Source of the DNA: Sphyrna mokarran
Taxonomy: Eukaryota
Assembly (NCBI GenBank): GCA_024679065.1
Contig: JAGIQG010000014.1
Span: 25,420,001 to 25,484,000, forward strand
Reading direction: 5' to 3'
DNA length: 64,000 nucleotides
Shown: positions 24,501 to 36,063 of the stretch, piece by piece
How the letters are laid out: every line of letters starts with the position of its first letter
Position numbering within the stretch: position 1 is the stretch's first letter
Program-made: the position numbers and the translations under genes
Notes under the pieces: model-generated
Told to the model about the DNA's origin: nothing
The model's input: only the letters and a program-made list of their open reading frames with translations
Databases searched by the model: none

Positions 24501-27500
24501 AACTACCATTTTCATTGAATAACTGTCCCATGAAGTGCCTTGAGACATTTTAATATGTTATAGGTGCTTTACAAATGAAAGTTGTTGTTGTTGATTGGCA
24601 CAGATGATTAAAGCTGGAATTCAAGCACAACAGTCCGTTCCAAATATAGCAAAATCCTGGCTTTGACTGACAACTAGCAAGTAATATTCACGCCACACAA
24701 ATGCCAGGCAATGACCATCTCCAACAATTGAGAATCTAACCATTGCCCCCTTGATCTTCAATAGCATTAACATTGCTGAATCCCCTATCATCATCCTGGA
24801 GTTATTAATGGTTAGAAACTGAACTGGACTAGCCATATAACTGCAGTGGCTACAAGAGCAGGTCAGAGGCTCAGAATCCTGCAGTGAGTAACTCACCTCT
24901 TGATCCCCCAAAGTCTGTCCACCATCTACAAGGCACAAGTCAAGAGTGTAATGGAATGCATTCCACTTACCTGGATGAGTGCAGTTCCAGCAACAAGCAA
25001 TAAGGTCAACATTATCCATGAGAAAGTGACATACTTGAATTATATTCCACTCACAAAAGTTCACTCCCTCTACCGACACACAGTGGCAGCAATGTGTACC
25101 AACTACAAGATGCATTGCAGGAATTCACCAAGGTTTTTGATGTGTGGTTGCGTGAATCTGTGAATGTGAGTCAGTAAGTGTCAGTGTTGTGACTGTGAGA
25201 GAGTGTGAGTGTGTGTGTGTATATGAGTCTGTGTGTGTATTTGAGTGAGAGTATTTGTGTGTGAAGAGAGTGTATGTGTGTATGTATGTATGTGTGAGAG
25301 TATGTGAGATATGTGTGAGAATGTGCAAGTCTGTGTGTGTGTATGTGAGTGAGGGTGCGTGTTTGTGTGTGTGATTGACAGTGTGTATGTGTGTGTGAGT
25401 GGAAGTGTGTGAGTCTGTATGTGTGATTGAGAGCGTGTCTGTGTGTATTAGTAAGAATGGGTGATGTTTCTTCAGAAGGAGCTCTTCAAAATGCAGCTAA
25501 TGAAACTACAACAAAACTTATTCCAACTTATAAATCAAAGAAAGGGTTTAATAAAGAGACATCATTACTCCAAACTTGGGGCTTCACCCTGGCCGATCCA
25601 AGCTTCCCATAATTCGCCATAAATCCTTATTTATAGTGAATGAGCTGGTCAGCTGCCTGTTACATCACTCTGTGTTCCACTGGGTCAGCTGACCCTTACA
25701 CCTTGTTCCCACTGGTCACATTACATCCAATACAAATTGTCACTGATTACATTCTAACAAATTCCCTTTTTTTTATTTTTTTCAGAATAATTTAAGAGAA
25801 CTATCCTCCATTATTCTTAATAACTGCACCCCATTTTGTAAAACTGTCAGATACCTGTAGATTAGTACCAACCCAATTAAGTTTCGAAACTTACTTGTTC
25901 TCCAGCATTTGCTTAATGCTGGCCAAATCAGTTCTTAATCTTTTTTTTGCTACACTTCTTTTTGAATGAACATTGTCCCATAAAGACCAATTGTCCACAT
26001 AATACTCAACTGGTACTTCCTTACGCGATGTGCCCATAAAAAATAATACTGTTAATGTGTCTGACAAATATATCTCCACATCCAACGCCTCCACTAATGC
26101 CAGGATTTCAGCCGCCAATGTGCTTTTGACTACCTTTTCTATTTTCCTTGCTTCCCAGGCCAAGAGGCAACATTTTCCTTCCTTACCTACCAATAATATT
26201 ATGAATCCAGCATCGCTTGAATGTCTATCTGGTAGACTGGCATGTGACGCTTCACTAAACACAACTAATTTCACAACTTCTGGTTCTCCTAATGCTCGGA
26301 ATCTAATTACACACTTACCTAATTTTAACTTTTTTAATGTTTTATTAGCTTGCAAGATCTCTCTGACTGTGGTGTGCTTCAAGACATTACTGATCTCTAG
26401 GACATTATAGATCCCATTTGGTCTTGTCTGTGTGCATGGCCAATCTAACTGACCTATCATATACCTTAACAACTCTGTTTCTTTTTTGCTGGCCCTTCCT
26501 CTTTTTCCATTGACCTTTTCCTGGTGATGGGTGTGGGGCCAATACTGTTCAGATGTCCCTGTTGACTCATTGTTACACCAGAAGTACTTTGTCGGATGTC
26601 AAGACCAAGAAATTGAAAAGTACCAGGTGCTCAACTCCCTGTTTTAAATTCTGTTTTCAGTTTCTCAATTATTCTTTTTTCAAATTCTTCTGTGCCACCC
26701 CATAAGAAATCATCCACATGCGTTATAAAAATTCCAGCTAATTTTTCTTTAGCCTTCCAGTAAAACATTGCTGGACCTGTTTTTAATTGGACACAGACTG
26801 TCTTCAGTAATACAGATTGTACAGAGAAACACCAAATCCTCGATGCATCACTTAACTTATATACACATTTATTTAATTTCCACAAATGTCCGTGTGTATT
26901 ACCTGCTTTCTTGGGTGGCTTCAAAAAAACTTTTCTTTGAAATGTTTCACCCTGCAGAAATACTGCTTTGATGTCAATTGATTTACACATCCAATTATGA
27001 GATGCTAGAACAGTGAAAAAGATTTTCAGTGTCACTTTCCCTGATGCATGTGAGTCACTGTGTCTCCCATCCAAATGTTCCTCATACCCAATGGTTACTA
27101 ATCCGGCATTAGTTTTATATGTTCTGTCTTGCAAAACTTTCTCTGTGCAAACCCACCTATGGGATCAAGCAGGGTGCCCTTCATCTCACACCTTGGTGTA
27201 CACTCCAAATTCCTTCCAACTGTCCAACTGCCTTATTTGGCCTCTCTTACTTCCGCGAGCTACATTTTATTTCCAGCTGTCAATACTTCCTTATCATTGG
27301 TTTTCTGCTTCTGTTCCTATCATTGATTTGATTCCTGGCCTTCCTCATTAAGCTCCGGCTTCTATTGCTATGTCTATTTCAGTCAGGACTGCTATTCTCA
27401 GACTGCTGTTCTCTGTTGTCACATCTTTGGTCACTGATTTGTGACTTTTTCCTGGGTTCATGAATGCTTACTGTCTCATCTTCAGGATTTAGATTGTGCT

Positions 27501-28619
27501 TTTTTTGTTTCCATCTGTTCACCCCATTTTCCTAATCAATACCTTTGGTTTCTTGTCCTCCTCTTGTATGTTAAGCCAATGTTTGTACTTTCCTGGAGCC
27601 TTTCCTGCTTTCCCAATTATAGTGGCCTCCCTCCACTCTCTTCACACTTCAGGGATGTATGATACCACTGTAACTGAACTTTTGAGTCGCAGCTTCATCC
27701 CCTTCTTCACTGATATTTTAGTGATCATCAGATTCCCTCTCATTCTATTGTTGACTGCTCCTCTTGTACATGTGCATGTCAGGTACAAGGTTCCTCCTCC
27801 ACTTCAGCATCTTGCTCAGATGCTCCAAATTCATACCTAACTGCCACTCTCGAAGAGTGTCTGATTACCATGTTGTACTATAACTACTTGCTGTCTTTTC
27901 CTATCAATTTCCCAGACCCTTTCCACTCTCTTTTGCCCTCTCTTTTATAGGAGACCATATCCCCTTTCTCAAAGTATACCCCTGATAGCCTTATGTGATG
28001 GCTCAGGGCCCTTCTTATTTGCCCTTCTGAAACCTCAGCCTTAATGAAGGCCTTTCACCCTGCATGCATAGACTTTAAATATACAGAAAACATGAAGCTA
28101 ATGCTTGTCCCTTCTAGCAGCAGAGGAGCAAGTGTTAATATTGACAGCAACTTTGGATTCCTCCCATATACCCAGTGAGATGGACTATAGTCCCTCACCA
28201 TTTGTAACAAATTTTTCACATGCTAATACAACATGCAACTTACAGCCTGGGGTTGATCTGCCAAAATTTTATGCAACATGTCATCTATAACCTTTCACAG
28301 AGGCCATTGCTGAATGGGCTCTCCGTTGCATTGTGCATTAATACAATATTTAAATTTTCTCCCGTATCTTGAAGCTCATCATTTGCGAATTTGCTCCCAT
28401 TATCCATCAAAAATTTAAATGGTGCCCCCAGTCCTGTTCCAATTCATTGGGTCATAATTTTATCTAATAATGGTCTTTTTACCTTTACTGTAAACCAATG
28501 TGGATATGCTAACCTAAGTGGCCATGTCTATAAAGTGTAGTATGGAAACGCCTTTGGCCTCATCCCATATCTTTAAGTCCATCACTAATACATCATTGAA
28601 ATCTCATGTGAGTGAAAGT

Positions 28620-28692
<73 letters not shown>

Positions 28693-29478
28693 ATAGGAAG
28701 GTTATTATTTTGCAATAGCAGCAGGAAACCTGTCCTCATATTCACCCTGTAATGTTCCAAATAACTTATGTTCCCTTTACTGAATGACACCATAGGATTG
28801 TCCTGTTAATTTAACAGTTTTGCTATGGCCTCTCCCAGTTTGTCCCAGTATACTGCTACACGACACCTGGAAACATTTTATTCAAATCGGTTCCGATGTT
28901 GACTGCAAGGTTTTGTGGCTGCAAATGCCTCTGATTTTAGAATTCTCATTCAATGCATGTAGTATCAATTTTAAAATGTATGTTTCTATCACAAAGAGGA
29001 TTATATGGAGGATTATATGAACAAGATAGACTTTGCTGAATTTGTGTTGTGAGAGAAAGAAATGTTCAAATATATAATCAGACCAGTATTTTGTTTTTGA
29101 CAGGGTTTTCAGATCCCCAAAGGATGGAGTGTGATGTACAGCATTCGAGACACACATGATACTGCCCCTATATTTCAACATCCCGAAACATTCGATCCAG
29201 ACAGATTTGCTCAAGATCAAATGAAGAACAAGGATGCACGTTTTCAGTACCTGCCATTTGGTGGAGGTGTCAGACGCTGCCTTGGCAAAGAGCTTGCCAA
29301 ACTTATCCTCAAAATTCTTGCTATTGAGTTGGCCACAACCAGTCATTGGGAACTAGCCACCAAAACATTCCCTAAGCTCCTGATGGTGCCAGTTGTTCAC
29401 CCAGCTGATGGACTAAAAGTGCAGTTTTCTGCCCAGCTTTGCAACAAGAGTAGAGTCACTGAAGTTAGTTTGGAATAA
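6390..29478 (+). CDS. CYP26: Cytochrome P450 family 26 retinoic acid hydroxylase, CYP26B1/CYP26C1-like; join(6390..6587,10612..10836,14396..14671,23464..23613,24179..24460,29104..29478), 501 aa
   Basis: Six exons with GT-AG boundaries, all phase 0, splice into a 1506-nt ORF. Motifs: N-terminal TM and PPGSMG hinge, [13 protein letters not shown]-helix [11 protein letters not shown]-helix EVLR, PDRF, heme motif [10 protein letters not shown]. Six exons fit B1/C1 rather than seven-exon A1. Confidence 0.95.
7195..7805 (-). mobile_element. DeuSINE-like (SacSINE1/AmnSINE1-type) element with a nested palindromic repeat fragment (~7385-7510)
   Basis: gtcactgtt...gtaggaaacacagcagccaatttgcaca domain and gtgggacttgaac (box B reverse complement) head; similar to 55540-55965. 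Confidence 0.65.
8522..8715. mobile_element. Palindromic short repeat (Penelope-like terminal repeat derivative) with decayed hammerhead cores
   Basis: Arms gtccaacaggtttatttgaaat / atttcaaataaacctgttggac; same family as 59570-59770 and 62457-62685. Confidence 0.65.
9060..10482 (+). mobile_element. Old CR1/L2-type LINE fragments interrupted by HE1-type SINE pieces (~9770-10025)
   Basis: Decayed SDHL..V and [12 protein letters not shown] motifs; 3' end gggatgggtaataaatgc...gatgcccacgtcc also found at 17300-17527 and 43110-43580. Confidence 0.6.
10612..10836 (+). CDS. CYP26: CYP26 exon 2
   Basis: Acceptor ttacag|GGT; [30 protein letters not shown]...GDIHYHKRK; donor aag|gtacc; 225 nt. Confidence 0.95.
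11800..12110 (-). mobile_element. HE1/V-SINE
   Basis: tagaatcatagaa tail, ggggcaatttagcatggcca central motif, gcagtgctaaccac head. Confidence 0.8.
12640..12965 (-). mobile_element. HE1/V-SINE
   Basis: Same tail, central and head motifs as the other HE1 copies. Confidence 0.8.
13582..13875 (+). mobile_element. HE1/V-SINE variant with ...acagtaacttcactgcagtgttaatgtaagcct...aataaa tail
   Basis: ggtggcacaatggctggcactgctg head, gggtttcttctgggtgcaccagtttcc central domain. Confidence 0.8.
14396..14671 (+). CDS. CYP26: CYP26 exon 3
   Basis: Acceptor tgacag|GTC; [18 protein letters not shown]...LTFRIAV...[14 protein letters not shown]; donor aag|gtaca; 276 nt. Confidence 0.95.
15100..15632 (-). mobile_element. 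Two tandem HE1/V-SINEs (full ~15100-15425; 5'-truncated ~15460-15632)
   Basis: Repeated gcccatcgagcctgcacc and caatttagcat motifs. Confidence 0.75.
17528..18050 (-). repeat. Putative 3' LTR of the ERV
   Basis: On minus: PPT-like AAAAGGAGGAA (~18051-18061), TATA-like ~17722-17731, AATAAA 17579-17584, terminal ...CCCACAACA. Confidence 0.6.
19205..19331 (+). mobile_element. Short CR1 3'-end fragment inserted in the ERV RT active-site codons
   Basis: gataggcatatggat...gtttaggtta...ctatgttctatgttcta matches the CR1 3' end at 1335-1450; interrupts QYVD|...ITSESK. Confidence 0.8.
19445..19571. mobile_element. 127-bp MITE, probably PIF/Harbinger-type, inserted in ERV RT
   Basis: TIRs ggacagaattttacc / ggtaaaattccggct (12/15 match); 3-bp TSD CAA at 19442-19444 and 19572-19574; removal restores KQYT-WTRLPQG. 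Confidence 0.85.
20618..21262 (+). mobile_element. CR1 LINE 3' fragment inserted between the two ERV gag zinc knuckles
   Basis: ORF 20783..21181 [14 protein letters not shown]...[11 protein letters not shown]; tail gttctatgctctatgtt. Confidence 0.88.
22965..23152 (-). mobile_element. Partial HE1/V-SINE
   Basis: catagaactcatagaatc tail, atggccaatcaacctaac motif. Confidence 0.65.
23464..23613 (+). CDS. CYP26: CYP26 exon 4
   Basis: Acceptor ctccag|GGT; [17 protein letters not shown]...KMSMQELK; donor aag|gtagg; 150 nt. Confidence 0.93.
24179..24460 (+). CDS. CYP26: CYP26 exon 5 (I and K helices)
   Basis: Acceptor ttgcag|GAG; [17 protein letters not shown]...[24 protein letters not shown]; donor ggc|gtaag; 282 nt. 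Confidence 0.95.
24620..25138 (+). mobile_element. Old CR1/L2-type LINE RT C-terminal fragment
   Basis: [18 protein letters not shown] motif (ORF 24900..25163). Confidence 0.7.
25140..25447. repeat. Degenerate (TG)n-rich microsatellite
   Basis: Imperfect TG/TGAG repeats over ~300 bp. Confidence 0.85.
25460..28600 (-). mobile_element. Decayed Ty1/Copia LTR retrotransposon (GalEa-like): integrase-RT-RNase H plus 3' LTR (~25460-25759)
   Basis: On minus, integrase (ILHFIDMAT...DNGSKFAN...[11 protein letters not shown], ~28280-28590) precedes RT ([26 protein letters not shown]; 26631..27134) and RNase H (FSEAS, STLAAE, YVDN; 25891..26472). PPT aaaaaaagggaa then TGTTAG LTR start at 25759. Confidence 0.88.
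28621..28688. repeat. (GT)34 microsatellite
   Basis: Perfect GT run. Confidence 0.95.
29104..29478 (+). CDS. CYP26: CYP26 exon 6 (heme-binding Cys, stop)
   Basis: Acceptor tgacag|GGT; [22 protein letters not shown]...FDPDRF...[16 protein letters not shown]...VVHPADGL; TAA at 29476-29478. Confidence 0.96.
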   Translation, partial: GFQIPKGWSVMYSIRDTHDTAPIFQHPETFDPDRFAQDQMKNKDARFQYLPFGGGVRRCLGKELAKLILKILAIELATTSHWELATKTFPKLLMVPVVHPADGLKVQFSAQLCNKSRVTEVSLE

Positions 29479-30478
29479 GTAAAGTCACTTTCAAAGTTGA
29501 AAACATATTTAACTTACAGTGTGTGTTATCGATAATTTATAATACAATAACGTGACAATTAATTCACTGCTGCTTTAATACTTCAAGTTGCTATCAACAT
29601 CTTTCAGTTCCAGTGGGACTCACAGATGTGGAACTGATGGAGTCAGAGCACATTAATGGTAGCATGCTGCTCATGTGATACCACAGATCACTTGAATTCG
29701 TGAAATTAATATGATAAAGGTATCAAACACTTTTTTATTGTGGGGAAGAACAGTGGACCAAGTATCAACAGTGAGCACTTCCTGGTCAGGAGAAGCCCAA
29801 GTTAAAAGCAGAGTACACTTTTTGAGGTATATGTATTAACATGTTCCTGGGGGTACCCAATCGGATAGAGTGATTTTTGAATTTTAGACACCAGCTAGCC
29901 TCACAAATTGAAAATATTAACTTTGTACCGTATTATGAAATTGGTGCTGTGCATCTTGAGCTCACACTAAGAACAGTGTTAAGATATTCCAAATTGATTC
30001 CAGGTCAGAATCAGGAAAAGCGATATTTATTATTTTCAGTTAAGTCCTATCTAAACTGTCCTATTATATGAACTGTTTAATGTCCTCACTAATAGCAATA
30101 TAGCATATCTCTTGATCAGTGGAATTAATCAGGCTGCAGGAAGAATATCTAATTATTGAAACCTTGCTTCAACTCACATACCAAGTTTAAATGAACATTA
30201 TTTTCTGGTGGTTTTGTGAGTCTTTTATCACACATACTAATGTCGGATGTGTGGGGAAAATACAGAGCTGTCACTTGCAGAGCAAACTAGTTTGACAAAT
30301 GTTCAGTTGTATAAGATTATTGATTTTTGATTACCTGTTGATCTGTCTTTGAATAGATTTCTACTTTTATCTATTTTAATGCTAATTTATTTATGTAATC
30401 TTAAAAAGATTAATTTTTTTATATACAAGATTCTTGTTTCATTACTTGACTCGAGAGTATTTAACAATATCAAATTCA

Positions 30479-30484
30479 AATAAA
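30479..30484 (+). terminator. Candidate CYP26 polyadenylation signal (AATAAA) after an AU-rich ~1-kb 3' UTR
   Basis: AATAAA at 30479; overlapping ATTTA pentamers at ~30385-30393. Confidence 0.45.
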
Positions 30485-30984
30485 AACAAGACAATGTTGA
30501 AAAACAAAATGTATTTCTCAAATTTTCCTCACTTTCCCCTCTGGTCTACACTGGATGGATTATCTTCATTGCTGCCAGATCTGGGGCCATGCATCTTCAA
30601 CCTGTTATTGAAATTGGAGCAAAAATATGAAGGTCTTCTTCAGCCACTAAGCACTGTAACAATTAGAATGCCAACAAAAGTGAACATCCTGTAAGAGGCA
30701 TAGACAAAGTGTAAACGAAAAGTCAATATAAAAATAACGCTGGTATTGCATTTTTTTTTCTTTTCTACAAGTAAAGTGATATGTTTACAGATAAATCAAT
30801 AGAAAAGCTTTGGCAGTGTAATACTTACTAAACTTGACAGTGTGCATCCCATTCACCCTGTATATACAGTACTCAATGTAACCTCATGTTTTTATATATC
30901 TGTTCATCCAATATATTCCTTCCATATTCTTCTAATACTCTTGTACACTCTCCAAACATTTCTGTACCTTCATTAACCTTGCAT

Positions 30985-31185
30985 CATAGAGTACCAATAG
31001 TTCAGAAGGAGGCCATTTAACCCTTTGAGTCTGCACCAAATCTTCGAAACCCCAAGCATTTACCTCACAAATTTCCCTTAATTTTTGACACGAAGGGGCA
31101 ATTTAGCTTGGCCAATCCATCTAGCCAGCACATTTTTGAAGTATGGGAAGAAACCGAAGCATCCAGAGGAAACCCATGCAGACTT
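30985..31185 (-). mobile_element. Partial HE1/V-SINE
   Basis: aaggggcaatttagcttggccaatccat and gaggaaacccatgcagac motifs. Confidence 0.65.
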
Positions 31186-31966
31186 GTACGCACTCTTTGA
31201 ACTCCCAAAACCTTCTTATATTTCATACGCCCAGTCCTTCCTCACATTTGCCTTCATACAATCAATATACCCTTGTCCTTTATCATGCAGTTCACCTACT
31301 GAGACAAACTCATTTATCCACTACATCCATTATGCAACTTCTTTATACACCACATGCTACAGTTGCAACATGCTACCTGTCTGTAAACACTATCAGAGTC
31401 TCCAAAGACTCTTTAGATCCTAAAACATCATCCATACTCCATATGATCACTCATACAGCCTCCAAGTACCCCTCATACATTTGTTTGTCCTCTATCACCA
31501 TCCACATAGCTTGACACTCTTTATAAACCAACATATACTTGTACAGCACATATAGGTTGTGGTGCTGAAGAGCTATGCTCCAGAATTAGTTTCACCCCAA
31601 AGTTATTCCAGTGTTGCCACAACACTGGTTTCTCCCTAACAATGTGGAAAATAGCCAATGCTCGGCCTGTCTATAAAACAAATCCCACCCAGCTAATCAC
31701 TTTCTTATCTATTCACAAACATCATCAAAGTGATGAAAGGTGTTCATCAGCAATGCTATTGAACAGAATTGATCAACCAATAATCTCACAGAGATTAGGG
31801 ATCCACAAGAATCACTTGACTCTGCATCTCGTTATAACCCAATGCACACAGGAGGTGAATTCCAGCGGTGATATTAGAGTGATTTGCCCTTAACATTTAG
31901 ACAATATTTATCTAAGTACGCCACCAAGGAGACTGGCAAGAGTGAAGGAAATCCCATACATCATGA

Positions 31967-34900
31967 ACAAAGAACAAAGAACAAAGAGCAACACAGCACG
32001 GGAAACAGGCCCTTCAGCCCAACAAGCCCGCGCTGCCGTCCTAACGTCTTAATGACATATCCATGACTTTAGGCTATGCCTATTGTGGAAGATTCCCATA
32101 TAGGTACCAATATAGGGACAATTTGTTACCCAATCAGCCTAAGAGCACATTTTTGGGATGTGGGAGGAAACCGGAGCACCCGGAGAAAACCCACGCAACC
32201 ACGGGGAAAACGCGCAAACTCCCGCAGACACAGGCCCAAATCTATGTGTCTGCACAGCAACAGCGATAGTCTCTGAGCTGTCATGTTGCCCATCAGATGG
32301 TCCAGTTTAAGCATACACTAACAACTTGAAGCACTAGGCCACTCCTGAAGCAACATCCAAGAGCAGCCCTCGCATGACCTGCCGAATGCATGCACCTTGT
32401 TGGTCAACAAGGTGGACCGAATTGCCTGTGGAAACAAATAAGATATTTAGACAGTCCTGCTATACCCCTCTATCTGCAGACCGCTCATGTGGCTGTCCAA
32501 GAGACCCTTAAACACCCCTAGCGTGCCTGCTCCCACCACCTTACTCGGCAGTGCATTCCACACCCCCACTACCCTTTGTGTGAAAAACTGCCCTCTAATA
32601 TTCGTCTTATACATAGCCCCCCTCACCCTACGGCCATGACCCCTCGTTCTATCCATTTCTAATGGTGGAAAAAGCTTACCAGCATTTACTCTATCTATAC
32701 CCCTTATAATCTTATATACCTCTAATAGATCCCCTCTCAGCCGACGTCTTTCAAGGGAAAACAACCCCAGTGTGTTCAATCTTTTCTCGTAAGACAGCCC
32801 TTCCATACCAGGCAGCGTCCTGGTAAATCTCCTCTGCACTCTCTCCAAGGACTCCCACATCCTTCCGGTAGTACGGCGACCAGAACTGGACGCTGTACTC
32901 CAAGTGAGGCCAAACCAACGTTCTATACACTTGCAACATCAGACTCCTACTCTTATATTCTATACCCCTTCCTATGAAGGCTAACATACTCTACACTTTC
33001 TTTATCACATTCTCCACCTGTACTGACACCTTCAGAGACTTGTGAACCTGCACCCCCAGGTCTCTCTGCGTCTCTATACTCCAGATAGTTTTACCTTTTA
33101 TCCTGTAACTCCCCTCTACATTATTCCAGCCAAAATGCATCACCTCGCATTTATCCGGATTAAATTCCATTTGCCATCTATCTGCCCAATCTACCCAGCC
33201 TATCTATGTCCTGTTGTATTGCCTGGCACTGCTCCTCTGTACCCGCCAATCCAAGCATCTTAGTGTCATCAGCAAATTTGCTGATCACACCATCTACCCC
33301 CTCTTCCAAGTCACTTATATAAACCACAAATAGAAGAGGTCCTAGTACTGAGCCCTGTGGCACACCACTGGTGACAGACCTCCAGTTGGAAAAAGAGCCT
33401 TCCACTACTACCCGCTGTCTCCTCCTCCCAAGCCAGTTCTCAACCCATCTACATACCTGGCCCTGTATCCCATGCGCCTTCACCTTTTCTATCAGCCTAC
33501 CATGGGGAACCTTGTCAAACACCTTACTGAAATCCATGTAGACGACATCAACGGCTTGTCCTTCATCAACCGTTTTTGTCACCTCTTCAAAAAATTCCAC
33601 TAGATTCGTAAGGCACGGCCTCCCCTTAACGAAGCCATGCTGCGTATCCCTGATCAGATCGCAGCGCTCCAGATGCTCATACATCCTGTCCCTGAGGATC
33701 CTCTCCATTAGCTTACCTATAACTGAAGTCAAGCTCACCGGCTATAGTTCCCTGGGTTATCCCTCTGACCCTTTTTAAACAACGGTACTACATTTGCAAT
33801 CCTCCAGTCCTCTGGGACCTCACCTGTGTCCAAAGAAGAGACAAAGATTTGCGTCAGAGGCCCAGCAAGGTCATCTCTCACCTCCCTTAGCAGGCTGGGG
33901 TAAATGCCATCAGGCCCCGGAGCTTTATAAGTCTTTATGCTGCCTAAAAGCCACAACACTTCTTCCCTCGTAATGATTATTTCCTTTAACGGGTCCTCAA
34001 ATTTCTCAAAGCCGGCACCAGACATCAGGCCCCTCTCCCGCGTGAATACCGACGTAAAGTATTCATTCAGGATCTCCCCCATTCCCTCAGGCTCTAAGCA
34101 TAGTTCCCCTCCTCTGTCCCTGAGAGGTCCAATCTTCCCTCTAACCATCCTTTTGCTCCTTACATAGGAGTAAAATGCTTTAGGATTTTCCTTAATCCTA
34201 CCTGCCAAAGCCATTTCATGGCCCCTTTTTGCCTTTCTGACACCCCTTTTAAGATCCCATCTACACTCTCTATATTCTTCCAGCGCTGTCTCTGTCCCCA
34301 GTTGCCTAGATCTAACGTACGCCTCCCGCTTCTTCCTGACCAAGTCCTCAATATCCCTAGTAACCCATGGTTCTCTAATCCTACCTTTCCCATCCTTCCT
34401 CCTTACCGGCACATGTCTTTCCTGCAAAGATTTTAGTTTTCCCTTGAAAGACTCCCACATGTACAGCATCGACCTACCCTCGAACAGCTTATCCCAGTCG
34501 GTATCCTTAAGATCCTGCCTAATCTGGCTATATCTAGCCCTCCCCCAGTTTAACACCCTCCCCTTAGGGCAGGCTTCATCTTTTTCCATTAATATCCTGA
34601 AGCAGACAGAGTTGTGGTCACTAGTTGACACATGCTCTCCTACTACAACGTCAACCACCTGCCCTGGCTCATTCCCCAGAACCAAATCCAGTATAGCCCC
34701 CTCTCTAGTTGGGCTATCCACATACTGCTCCAAGGACCCTTCCAAAACACACTGTACAAATTCCTCCCTGTCCGCACCTTCCGCTCTGGGCACCTTCCAA
34801 TCTACCCCAGGGAAATTGAAATGTCCCACTACAACCACCCTATTCTTCCTACACTTATCTAAAATGTCCCTGCATATCCCTTCTTCCACAGCCCGTGGGC

Positions 34901-35042
34901 TGTTGGGCGGTCTGTAGTACACACCCAACATAGTAACCTCTCCCTTCCTATTCCTCAACTCCACCCAAAGCGACTCAATTCCTAAATCATCCATACCACC
35001 CTCCCTCTGCACTGCTATGATGTGATCCTTAACTAATAACGC
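31967..35042 (-). mobile_element. Long 5'-truncated CR1 LINE (endonuclease plus RT, few frameshifts) with an HE1-like segment in its 3' region and a (GTTCTTT)n tail
   Basis: ORF 33735..35069 (GVYYRPP, GHFN, ILDLVL, SDHN, APGPDG), 33178..33738 (QHGF, DFSKVFD, GVPQGSVLGP, FADD), 32447..32987; flanked by CATGA at 31962-31966 and 35043-35047. Confidence 0.93.
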
Positions 35043-36063
35043 CATGAGATGAGAAGAATGATTGCCCAAAGTGTGTATGTTTGACAGTTTTTATATGTTT
35101 AGTTCACAAATGAATGTTGGACCATTTAAGAGCTGAAAGGACAGATAGAGGTGAATTGGGATGATGGTATTGGGAGTAGTGGCAGAGGTTTGGCAGTAAC
35201 TGATGGCAGTGTGAGAAATATTGTCACTAGGTAGAACATTTGCACCAAAGTCTTCTCCTGCCTAAAGATATTACAAATGATTCATAAAAGCATTGCAAAT
35301 CTCTACTTTTAATTGAAGCACATCCTATTCAACTTCTTTCTACAGCGAATACAAGTAATTGAAACAGGGCAGAATATAATATCTCCTTTGGGGGAACGTT
35401 AGAGGAGAATCAAATTGAAGGGACAGGCTTCTCACTAATTTATACCTTCAAGTGGGCAATTAATGCACAATTACAGCTCTCACCCCACTACTGCTGATAT
35501 TCATTCAACAGGGGACTCAGCATGCAGGAAACTCAGTTTTTTGGGAGGCGTAGAGATATCTCCCATACAAGGAGTGGCTCCTTCCTACCTGGAATTGCTC
35601 AAAAGTATTAATGAGGAAGCTGCTTTAATTACAAAGTGATTTATACAAAGTTTCTATTATCAATTGTACCTAATAGCCAGATTTTAATTACTTTTAATTA
35701 GTTTTACGGAAAGAATTAGAATGAGGAAGAAGTATACTTGTGCAATGGTTAACACTCTGTTGGATGTTGACACAATGCAATTTCCAATCATACCAGATAC
35801 GGATCTAGTTCATTATATTTTTGGCTTTTCTGACATTGCTAATAAGAGAAGAAACCAGTGACAATTTAGGGCATATAAAAATAGAATATTTTGCAGAAAT
35901 AAAGAGGATGATGAAAGAACATGAACACAAGTAACATTAAGCAACAAATAACATAACCTAAAATAGTATTAGTGCAGCAAAAAGCATTACGAACAAAGCA
36001 CGAACAAACAAATTTTGTTTTTTATTTTGATGGGAAACAATAAATTGAAACTTATAGTATAAT

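Noticed and set aside
28518-28793. ORFs with poly-CV / poly-TH
   Set aside because: Translations of the (GT)n microsatellite.
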